Assembly: GCA_965228735.1 (NCBI GenBank)
Contig: OZ245838.1
Location: 3,648,001 to 3,712,000, forward strand
Origin: Planctomycetota bacterium
GTDB lineage: Bacteria > Planctomycetota > UBA1135 > UBA2386
Direction of reading: 5' to 3'
DNA length: 64,000 nucleotides
Part shown: in pieces, positions 28,159 to 36,267 of the stretch
How positions within the stretch are numbered: the first letter of the stretch is position 1
Layout of the letters: each line of letters starts with the position of its first letter
Position numbers and translations under genes: made by a program
The notes under the pieces: model-generated
What the model was told of the DNA's origin: nothing
The model's database searches: none
What the model saw: the letters and a program-made list of their open reading frames with translations, nothing else

Positions 28159-29334
28159 TCAGCGGCGGGCGCCGCCGAAGCGCATGACGAGACCGAGGTA
28201 GACCATGTGCTGGCCGTGCACGTCCTCGTCGATCTTGATCGTCGGCCGGCTCTCGTTGTCGAGGTAGGAGTACCACCCGTGCAGCGACAGCGAGTCGTTG
28301 AAATGCAGGTAGCTCTCGACGCCGCCGCCGAAGAACGCCTCCTTGCTCGAGTTGCCGCCACCGGCGCCCGCGACACGCGAGTACTGGAAGTGCCCGAACG
28401 GCGTCACCGTCCAGTAGTCGCCGAGGTGGATCCGCAGCCGCAGCTGCGCCTCCGCCCACTGGTGGCCGAGCGGCCGCTGGGCCTCGAAGTTGACGACGCG
28501 ATCGCGGCGATCCTGGATCGCGCCGCGCACGAAGACCTCCCAGAACAGGTTGTCGGACGCCGGGATGTAGAACTCGGCGTTGCCGCGCACGCGCCACACC
28601 TGCGACGGCAGGTCGGTGGTGAAGCCCGTCGCGCCGAACACGCCGTCGCTGTCGTTCCACTCCTGTTCCGCCGTGATGGTCACGACGCCGCCGTCGCGTG
28701 GCGTGCCGCGACGGCGGTCGAGCTGCGTCGTGTTCTGCTCCAGGTGGATGCGGATGCCGTAGGCCGCGAAGTCGTCGGGGATCTGGAACGACGCCGGCGT
28801 CAACACGTTGTTGGAGAAGCTGTGGTCGCGGTAGTACGGCCCGAGCTCGACGTAGAGCCCCGGCGCCGCCTCGCGCCCGAATCCGAGGTAGCCCTCGTAG
28901 TTGCTGCCCTCGTAGATGCCGTTCGGCACGAAGACATCGCCGTTGTAGAAGCCGTCGCGATAGAACTGCCACGGCCGCGCCGTGATCTCGATCCGTGACG
29001 TCGTCTGATCACCGATCAGATCACCGTCGATGAGCCCGACGTAGAGGCCGTCACGCCCGGCGTAGCCGGCGACCGTGCCGTTGCGATCCCCGACGCCCTC
29101 CTCCCGGTAGAGGATCCGCCCGTCCCAGCTGATCTCGTCCTCGAGCCCGACCGCCGGCACCTCGTCCTCGGCGAACGTGCCGATCACGCCCGCTTCGACC
29201 TGGAACAGCGACCGGAAGGGCGACACCGGGTTGCGCCGGTCGGTCATGTCGACGAGCGACTGGGCCAGCAGCGACGCGGGCGCCCCGGCGAAGACCAGGG
29301 CCGAGAGGACGATGGGAGGAGCGAGTCGGTTCAT
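28159..29334 (-). CDS. Putative outer-membrane beta-barrel protein
   Basis: Signal peptide (LLAQ), amphipathic aromatic-rich strands, C-terminal strand YLGLVMRF; 6 nt upstream of modA. Confidence 0.65.
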   Translation of the reverse strand: MNRLAPPIVLSALVFAGAPASLLAQSLVDMTDRRNPVSPFRSLFQVEAGVIGTFAEDEVPAVGLEDEISWDGRILYREEGVGDRNGTVAGYAGRDGLYVGLIDGDLIGDQTTSRIEITARPWQFYRDGFYNGDVFVPNGIYEGSNYEGYLGFGREAAPGLYVELGPYYRDHSFSNNVLTPASFQIPDDFAAYGIRIHLEQNTTQLDRRRGTPRDGGVVTITAEQEWNDSDGVFGATGFTTDLPSQVWRVRGNAEFYIPASDNLFWEVFVRGAIQDRRDRVVNFEAQRPLGHQWAEAQLRLRIHLGDYWTVTPFGHFQYSRVAGAGGGNSSKEAFFGGGVESYLHFNDSLSLHGWYSYLDNESRPTIKIDEDVHGQHMVYLGLVMRFGGARR

Positions 29335-29412
29335 CGGGGTCTGCCGGGGTTCCGGGCACGCCTTCCGGGTCGCGCCCGCGGTGAAGATCAGGCCGGGGAT
29401 ACGGCCCAGGGG

Positions 29413-30432
29413 TCAGTCACGCATGCGGTTCATGGTCGCCTGCACGAGCGGGTGGTTCGAGTCGAGCACGATGACCGAGTACGGGTGGTCCGCGTATTGG
29501 TTCTCGCGCTCCTCGATGCGGATCGCGCCGAGCTGACGCAATTCGTTGATCAGACCGCGACGCTCCGGGTGCACGAGGTTGCTGAAGTGCTGGCTCATCG
29601 GTCCTTTGAGGAACGGCGAGAGCCAGACTTCCGGGCTTCCGTGGCGCGCCTGCGCCCGCATGATGAGTTCGACGCAGTCGGCGAGTCGCTCGCCGAGCTG
29701 ACCATCCGGCGGCAATGAGTCGGCCGTACGCCAGGTCACGGGAATGTGCCCGACGATCGGCGCGCGCTGGCGGTTCTCATGCTCGTGATCGCCACCGCGA
29801 TCCGCACCGTTCTGCGCCGTCTCCGCGACGGCTGCGGCGGGAGCGGGCTCGGGTTCCTTGTCGCTTTCGTGTGCCGGCTGCGGCTCGACCTCGGCCGCGG
29901 GCTCGGCAGCCGCCGGACCATCCGAGTCGTCGTCGTCGACCCGGATCAGGTCGAGCGCGTTCCAGAACCGATCGCTGCCGACGCGCTGCCGCAGGTCACC
30001 GCTCGTGCTGTCCGGGATCGCAACGACGCGCAGCTCGTGGTTCTCCTCGAGCACCTGGCGCGCGATCGGGATGAAGTCGCGGTCCCCCGAGACGATGACG
30101 ATCGCATCGATGTCGGGTCGCCGGTAGAGCACGCGGCACACGTCGCACGCCAGCTGCACGTCCGCCGAGTTCTTGCCGGCGTGGCTGACGAGCACGTACT
30201 GCGGGTCGAAACCCATCAACGAGAGGTCGTGCGCCACCTCCATGCCCGGGTAGCAGTCGAACGCCGCGTACGAGCGGCCGAGCACCATCGGGACTTCCTT
30301 GTCGCTGAGTCGCTGCTTGAGCTGCGCGAGGATGCTGAGGCAGAGGTCGCGGATGCGATGACCGGTCAGCTCGTCACGATTCTTGAGGGAGAGGAACAGG
30401 TTCTCGAAGTCGACGAAGACGGCTGCATTCAT
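29413..30432 (-). CDS. NYN (PIN-like) domain protein with acidic linker and C-terminal helical domain
   Basis: VFVDFENL, GKNSADVQL, IVSGDRDF, TSGDL acidic motifs. Confidence 0.85.
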   Translation of the reverse strand: MNAAVFVDFENLFLSLKNRDELTGHRIRDLCLSILAQLKQRLSDKEVPMVLGRSYAAFDCYPGMEVAHDLSLMGFDPQYVLVSHAGKNSADVQLACDVCRVLYRRPDIDAIVIVSGDRDFIPIARQVLEENHELRVVAIPDSTSGDLRQRVGSDRFWNALDLIRVDDDDSDGPAAAEPAAEVEPQPAHESDKEPEPAPAAAVAETAQNGADRGGDHEHENRQRAPIVGHIPVTWRTADSLPPDGQLGERLADCVELIMRAQARHGSPEVWLSPFLKGPMSQHFSNLVHPERRGLINELRQLGAIRIEERENQYADHPYSVIVLDSNHPLVQATMNRMRD

Positions 30433-30546
30433 AGTTCAGTCCAGGCGGATTCAGTTCAGACCAATGCTGCGGACTCGGCGCGTCGACCAGAGTGGTCCAC
30501 CGGCCGTGACCGTGGCGGGTGCGATTCGGATGCTCTTGGCGAACGC

Positions 30547-32643
30547 TCATGCCGGCGCTCCGCCACCCTTCGAAGTTGGCCGGGCTCTTGAAGCCGGCTG
30601 GGCCACCCCGGGAGCCGGCTGGGCCACCCCGGGAGCCGGCTGGGCCACCCCGGGAGCCGGCTTCTCGACGGGTTCGCGCGACGCGCCCCCGTTTCGCCGC
30701 GTCACCTCGTCGACGATGTCGTCGTCGGACAAATACGTGTAGCCCGCGAGCCCTTCCTCGTAGCGCCGCATCAGGTGCTTGGACTCGCGGATGTTGACGC
30801 GGCCGGCGCGCAGCGCGGCCTCGAGGCGTCGCCGCATGCGCCGAACGAGGTCCTGCTTCTCGTACTGCACGTAGCTCAGGACCTCGGTCACGGTGTCGCC
30901 TTCGATCACGCGCTCGATGCTGTAGCCGTGCTCCGGGTCGAGCGACACGTGGATCGCATTGGTGTCGCCGAACAGGTTGTGCAGATCACCGAGGATCTCC
31001 TGGTAGGCACCGACGAGGAACATGCCGAGGTAGTACGGCACGCCGGGCGTGATCGGGTGCACCTCGAGCACGCTCTTGACGTCGCGCAGGTCGATGAACT
31101 TGTCGACCTTGCCGTCGCTGTCGCACGTGAGGTCGGCGAGGATGGCGCGCCGCTCCGGCCGCTCGCCGAGTCGGTGGATCGGCATCGTCGGGAACAGCTG
31201 CTTGACGGCCCAGTGATCCGGCGCCGACTGGAACAGCGAGAAGTTGCAGTAGTAGGTGTCGGCCAGCGCGCGCTCGAGGCCGTGCAACTCCTCCGGCACG
31301 TAGTCGAGCTGGCGCACGATCTCCTGGATCCGCGCGCAGATCGCCCAGAACAGGTTCTCCGCGAGCGCGCGCCCCTTGAGGTCGAGGTAGCCGAGGTTGA
31401 AGAGGCTGATCGCCTCCTCCTTGAGCTGCAGCGCGTCGTGGTAGGTCTCCTGGAAGTTCTTCCGCGAGATACCCCGCAGGCACTGCTGCAGGTTGGCGAT
31501 GGTCTGGTATTCCTCCGTCTCGACCGTGATCTGTCCGGGCACGTCGATCGCCTGGGTCGACACCCCGAGAACATCGAAGATCAGGACCGCGTGGTGCGCC
31601 GTCAGCGCGCGGCCGGACTCGCTCACGATGTCCGGATGCGGGATCTCCTTCTCGTCGCACGCCTGCTGAACGGCGTAGATGACGTCGTTGGCGTACTCCT
31701 GCAGCGAGTAGTTGGCCGAGCTGTGGAAGTTGGTCTTCGACCCGTCGTAGTCGACCGCGAGCCCGCCGCCGACATCGAGGAACTTGAGCCCGGCGCCGAG
31801 CTCGTAGAGCTCGGTGTAGAACCGCGTCGCCTCCTGCAGCGCGTCCTTGATCGCGCGGATCGCGGTGATCTGACTGCCGATGTGGAAGTGCACGAGCTCG
31901 AGGCAGTCGAGCTTGTCCGCCTTCTGCAGCCGTTCGATGACCTTGATCATCTCAGCCGCGGTCAGGCCGAACTTGGACTTCTCGCCGCCCGACTCCTGCC
32001 ACTTGCCCGCACCCCGACTCGCGAGCTTGGCGCGCACGCCGAGGTGCGGCCGCAGGTTCCACCGCTCGCTGACCTCGAGCACCGTCTCGAGCTCCTCGAA
32101 GCGATCGACGACGATGATCGTGTGCAGGCCCATCTTCTGGGCGAGCATCGCGGTCTCGATGTAGCTCTCGTCCTTGTAGCCGTTGCAGATGACGAGGCCG
32201 TCCTCGTTGGTCATGTGCGCGAGCACGACGAGCAGCTCGGGCTTGCTGCCGGCCTCGAGCCCGAGGGAGTGCTCGCGCCCGAACTCGACGAGCTCCTCGA
32301 CGACGTCGCGCTGCTGGTTGACCTTGATCGGGAACACCGGCCGGTAACGCCCGCGGTACGCGAGGTCCTTGCTCGCCTTCTTGAACGCGCCGGCCAGCGC
32401 CTGCACGCGCCGCTGCAGGATGTCGGAGATGCGCAGCAGGACGGGCAGTTCGATGCCGCGACTGCGCAGGTCCTCCACGAGCTCGGGCAGGGAGAACCCC
32501 GGCCCCTCGCTGCCCTTGGGCTTGACCCAGAGCTCACCGCGGTCGTTGATCTTGTAGCAATCGCCGCCCCAAGCGCCGAGCTGGTAGAGCTCGTAGCTGT
32601 CGCGGACGGTCCACGCGCGGAGTTCGTTCTTGGGGGCGCTCAA
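30547..32643 (-). CDS. speA: Biosynthetic arginine decarboxylase
   Basis: FPIKVNQ (PLP Lys), GLEAGSKPEL, CNGYKD, HFHIGSQI, DVGGGL, SESGRALTAHH, DLTCDSDGKVD, GAYQEILGDLHNLFGD; TTG start inferred. Confidence 0.95.
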   Translation of the reverse strand: MSAPKNELRAWTVRDSYELYQLGAWGGDCYKINDRGELWVKPKGSEGPGFSLPELVEDLRSRGIELPVLLRISDILQRRVQALAGAFKKASKDLAYRGRYRPVFPIKVNQQRDVVEELVEFGREHSLGLEAGSKPELLVVLAHMTNEDGLVICNGYKDESYIETAMLAQKMGLHTIIVVDRFEELETVLEVSERWNLRPHLGVRAKLASRGAGKWQESGGEKSKFGLTAAEMIKVIERLQKADKLDCLELVHFHIGSQITAIRAIKDALQEATRFYTELYELGAGLKFLDVGGGLAVDYDGSKTNFHSSANYSLQEYANDVIYAVQQACDEKEIPHPDIVSESGRALTAHHAVLIFDVLGVSTQAIDVPGQITVETEEYQTIANLQQCLRGISRKNFQETYHDALQLKEEAISLFNLGYLDLKGRALAENLFWAICARIQEIVRQLDYVPEELHGLERALADTYYCNFSLFQSAPDHWAVKQLFPTMPIHRLGERPERRAILADLTCDSDGKVDKFIDLRDVKSVLEVHPITPGVPYYLGMFLVGAYQEILGDLHNLFGDTNAIHVSLDPEHGYSIERVIEGDTVTEVLSYVQYEKQDLVRRMRRRLEAALRAGRVNIRESKHLMRRYEEGLAGYTYLSDDDIVDEVTRRNGGASREPVEKPAPGVAQPAPGVAQPAPGVAQPASRARPTSKGGGAPA
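30592..30662. repeat. Perfect 21-bp tandem repeat, 3 copies plus 8 bp, in the speA 3' end
   Basis: Unit agccggctgggccaccccggg at 30592, 30613 and 30634, partial at 30655; encodes PAPGVAQ repeats. Confidence 0.95.
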
Positions 32644-32873
32644 TGAATCGAGAGGGGTCGAAGGGGCTCGAAATCGCCAACCGGGATTGAACACTACGAG
32701 CGCCGCCCATGGCAGCCGCGGTATCGCGCTTTTTTCGTCGCGGCGCCGGCGCCGCGCCGCAGTCCCCCATCGCGTTGCGGGTCCGGGCAACGGACGCCGG
32801 TCGAACCGGCACGCAGGAGGGCGGGGCCGTCCGGCCCTGGCCGTCGCCCACGGCCGCGCGTAACCTCGTCGCC

Positions 32874-34118
32874 GTGAGCAAGCCCGAGTCAGACCCCAAC
32901 AGTCCACTGCACGCCCAGGATCCGGAGATCGCCGGCTGGCTGCAGCGCGAGGATCGCCGCCAGCGCAACACGCTGACGCTCATCGCGTCCGAGAACCACT
33001 GTTCCGCCGCGGTGCGCGAGGCGTGCGGCAGCCGCATCACCGACAAGTACGCGGAGGGCTATCCCAACCGGCGATACTACGCCGGCTGCGAGGTCGCCGA
33101 CGGCATCGAAGAGCTCGCGACGAAGCGCGCCCTCGACCTGTTCGCGGGCGCGGAAGCCGTGAACGTGCAGCCGCACTCCGGCACGACTGCCAACGTGTGC
33201 GCGCTGATCGCGCTTGCCGGCCCCGGCGGCAAGATCGTCGGCATGTCGCTCAAGGCCGGCGGCCACCTGAGCCACGGTCACCACAAGAGTCACACGGGCA
33301 CGATGTTCGACGCCGCGCAGTACGGCGTCGACGACCGGGGGTTGATCGACCTCGACGAGGTCCGCGACGTCGTGAAGCAGCATCGCCCGAAGGTGTTGAT
33401 CGCCGGCGGCAGCGCCTACGCGCGCAAGATCGACTACGGCGCGTTCAAGGAGATCGCGCAGGAACACGACGCCTACCTCCTCGCCGACATCGCGCACCCC
33501 GCCGGTCTGATCGCGGGCGGCGTTCTGCCGAGCCCCGTCGGCATCGCGGACGTCGTGACGATGACGACGCACAAGACGCTGCGCGGCCCGCGCGGCGGCA
33601 TGATTCTCGCGACCAAGGACGTCATCAAGCCGATCAACTCGTCGGTGTTCCCCGGCGGTCAGGGCGGGCCGCTCGTGCAACAGATCGCGGGCAAGGCGGT
33701 CGCGTTCGGCGAAGCGCTGCAGCCCGGCTTCAAGGACTACCAACAGCGCGTGCTCGACAACGCGAAGTACCTCGGCGAGTGCCTCGTCGAACACGGCCTC
33801 GCAGTCGTCACGGGCGGCACCGACAACCACATCGTTCTCGTCGATCTGCGCAATGCGACGATGACGGGCGCGGAGGTCGAGGAGCGCGCGCTCGCGGCCG
33901 GCATCGCGGTCAACAAGAACGCAGTCCCGGGCGACCCGCGCCCCCCGATGGTCACGTCCGGCCTGCGGGTCGGCACGCCGGCCGTCACGACGCGCGGCTT
34001 CGGCCGCGACGAGATCAGGACGGTCGCCGACGTGATCGGCGGACTGGTCCGCGGCGAGGACCCGGAGCGCTTCCGGGACACGGTGCAGGGCCTCTGCGCG
34101 GCCCATCCGCTGCCGTAG
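32874..34118 (+). CDS. glyA: Serine hydroxymethyltransferase
   Basis: LIASEN, KYAEGYP..RYY.GC, NVQPHSG, GGHLSHG, TTHKTLRGPRGG, FPGGQGGP, GGTDNH, SGLRVGTPAVTTRG. Confidence 0.97.
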   Translation: MSKPESDPNSPLHAQDPEIAGWLQREDRRQRNTLTLIASENHCSAAVREACGSRITDKYAEGYPNRRYYAGCEVADGIEELATKRALDLFAGAEAVNVQPHSGTTANVCALIALAGPGGKIVGMSLKAGGHLSHGHHKSHTGTMFDAAQYGVDDRGLIDLDEVRDVVKQHRPKVLIAGGSAYARKIDYGAFKEIAQEHDAYLLADIAHPAGLIAGGVLPSPVGIADVVTMTTHKTLRGPRGGMILATKDVIKPINSSVFPGGQGGPLVQQIAGKAVAFGEALQPGFKDYQQRVLDNAKYLGECLVEHGLAVVTGGTDNHIVLVDLRNATMTGAEVEERALAAGIAVNKNAVPGDPRPPMVTSGLRVGTPAVTTRGFGRDEIRTVADVIGGLVRGEDPERFRDTVQGLCAAHPLP

Positions 34119-34156
34119 AGCCAGCCGAACACCCGACTTCGGGGAGGGGCAGTTTT

Positions 34157-34193
34157 CTCGAACCCTCCGGGCCCGGCCCGGAGATCGTTCGAG
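34157..34193 (+). promoter_or_regulatory. Two-tier hairpin between glyA and the ECF sigma gene
   Basis: ctcgaac/gttcgag outer stem and ctccgggc/gcccggag inner stem, ending at a possible GTG start; no U-tract on the + strand. Confidence 0.35.
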
Positions 34194-34201
34194 TGACCCC
34201 G

Positions 34202-34714
34202 ATGACCTCCCTCCACGACCCGCGATCGTTCTCGATCACCGCCACGCAGCGCGCGGCACTCGTGCGCTACGTGCAGGTGCTCGGCGCCGATGCGACGGAC
34301 GCCGAGGATCTCGTGCAGGAGGCGTGCCTCGTCGCACTGCGACGAACGGACTTCGACGCGAGCTCCGGCGCCGGTGTGTTCGTGTTCTTGCGGACGACGG
34401 CGCGGCAGCTGTGGTTGCGGTCGTTGAAACGCCGCGTGAGCGAACGGGACGTCGAGGAAGCGGACGCGGTCTGGGATGCGCGCTGCGCGGACGGCACTGG
34501 CGACGACTACGTCGACGCCCTGCGCCTCTGCGTCGCCTCGCTGCCCGCGAAGAGCCGCGATCTGTTGACCGCGACCTACGCGGATGGCGACGGCCGACGC
34601 GCGGCTGGTGAACGTCTCGGTTTGCGGACCGACGGGGTCAAGACGGCGCTGCGACGGCTGCGGCGCTTCCTCCACGACTGCATTCGGCGACGCACCGAGG
34701 AGAGTTCGCGATGA
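34202..34714 (+). CDS. ECF sigma-70 factor
   Basis: DAEDLVQEA region 2 and LP.KSR.LL...Y...GVKTALRRLRRFL..CI region 4; alternative GTG start at 34193. Confidence 0.85.
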   Translation: MTSLHDPRSFSITATQRAALVRYVQVLGADATDAEDLVQEACLVALRRTDFDASSGAGVFVFLRTTARQLWLRSLKRRVSERDVEEADAVWDARCADGTGDDYVDALRLCVASLPAKSRDLLTATYADGDGRRAAGERLGLRTDGVKTALRRLRRFLHDCIRRRTEESSR

Positions 34715-36258
34715 CGACCACGACCGAAGAGAACCAACGGCACCCGGCGGAAGAACGGCTGCTCGACGTCGCGCTCATCGAGGTGCTGCGCGATCAACCA
34801 ACTGCATCGACACCATCCGTGCTCGACCTCGAAGACCGGCGACCCCGGCGCTTCGGGCCGCTCGCGGTGGCAGCCGCGCTGCTCGGCCTCGGGGTGACGA
34901 CGGCGCTCTGGTGGAACGCGCAGCACGGCCACGAACAGCGAGACCCTGATTCGGCCGCGGGATCGACCGCGCCGGCGCCGGCCACGCCGCAACCAGACCT
35001 GCCGCAGGGCCCGCAGGGCCTGCCGACGTTGCCGCCCCCCCAGGCCGTCGCGGGCCGCAGCGCGCTCGCGGACCTGCCCCCCGATGCGCTCAACCTCGAG
35101 GTCGAGCTGCTGCGGGCCGACGAGGTCGCGGGCCTGTCGCGCTTCGTCGCGCTTCACCGGCTCGGGCTGCGCGCGCTGCGGCCGACGGTCGCCGGAGCAC
35201 GACTGCGGCACAAGCACCAGAGCTGGGCCAAGGCCGACGACGACTGCCTCGCGCCGCTCGGGCAACTGCCGTCGCTGATGATCCTGCGGCTGCCATCCGA
35301 ACTCGCGCTCCGCCCGGCGCAGCTCGCGCCGCTCGCGCAGTGCAAGATGCTCCGCCGACTCGAGCTCAGCGGGGAGAACGTCGCGTTGACCGACGCGTTC
35401 GTCGCGGCCCTCGACGACATCGAACAGCTCATGAGCCTGCGCCTCGTCAACGTCGGTGTCGACGCCGACGCCCTCGCGCGACTCGGAGCTCTCGACCTGC
35501 AGGAACTCGAGCTCGTCGATTGCGACGGCGTCGACGCAGCCGCCTGGCAATCCGTTCTCGGACTGCGATCCCTGCGGCGCCTCGGACTCGACGGCATCGG
35601 CCGCGCGAAGCTCGGCGCACCGGCCAGTGCGCCGGCACCGTGGCGTATCGGAGCCGCCGAGTTCCGCGGGCTGAGCGCGCTGCCGAAGCTCCGTGACCTG
35701 GGCCTGCGCCTGCCGATCACGGCCGAGGAGCTCGCCGCGCTGCCGGCCAACCTCACCAAGCTGCAGCTCGCGTCGCACGAACTGCCGGGCGCCGACTTCG
35801 CAGGCCTGCGCCGCCTCTCCCACCTGCAGCACCTCGACATCAGCCTGCCCCGCTACAACATCCGGTTCGCGCCACGCGACTCGACCGCGCAGATTCTCGC
35901 GGCCGGCGACGCGCTGGCCGGAGCGCTCGGCGGGATGAAGCTGCGGTCGCTGAAGCTGTTCGGCGAGGTCTCTCCCGATCTGCTCGATGCGATCGGCGAG
36001 CAGCCCAGACTCGGCTACCTGCGGCTCGTGAGTCAGTCCCTGCCGGCGTTCGACGGCTTCACGAAGGCCGCACGACTCAGCCACATCGAACTCTACGAGA
36101 TCCGCGCCCCGTCATCGCTCACGGTGGATCTCATGAAACCGCTCGGGAAACTGCCGGCGCTGCGCCTCCTCGAGCTGACGACGTTCGCCGACATCGATCA
36201 GCAGGAACTGCAAACGGCGCTCGGCAAGCGCGTCCGCGTGCAGGTGAAGACGCAGTGA
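34711..36258 (+). CDS. Putative anti-sigma factor: short cytoplasmic N-terminus, TM helix, extracytoplasmic leucine-rich repeats
   Basis: ATGA overlap with the ECF gene; TM GPLAVAAALLGLGVTTALWW; repeated LxxLxL (LRRLELS, LQELELVDC, LRRLGLD, LTKLQLA, LQHLDIS). Confidence 0.75.
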   Translation: MTTTTEENQRHPAEERLLDVALIEVLRDQPTASTPSVLDLEDRRPRRFGPLAVAAALLGLGVTTALWWNAQHGHEQRDPDSAAGSTAPAPATPQPDLPQGPQGLPTLPPPQAVAGRSALADLPPDALNLEVELLRADEVAGLSRFVALHRLGLRALRPTVAGARLRHKHQSWAKADDDCLAPLGQLPSLMILRLPSELALRPAQLAPLAQCKMLRRLELSGENVALTDAFVAALDDIEQLMSLRLVNVGVDADALARLGALDLQELELVDCDGVDAAAWQSVLGLRSLRRLGLDGIGRAKLGAPASAPAPWRIGAAEFRGLSALPKLRDLGLRLPITAEELAALPANLTKLQLASHELPGADFAGLRRLSHLQHLDISLPRYNIRFAPRDSTAQILAAGDALAGALGGMKLRSLKLFGEVSPDLLDAIGEQPRLGYLRLVSQSLPAFDGFTKAARLSHIELYEIRAPSSLTVDLMKPLGKLPALRLLELTTFADIDQQELQTALGKRVRVQVKTQ

Positions 36259-36267
36259 ACACGGCCG

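Noticed and set aside
29335..29412. Possible Moco/Wco riboswitch upstream of the barrel-modABC unit
   Set aside because: The gap is only 78 nt and I could not identify the multi-stem structure; an Rfam scan would be needed.
30592..30662. Possible CRISPR array
   Set aside because: The units are contiguous with no spacers, lie in frame inside speA, and no cas genes are present.
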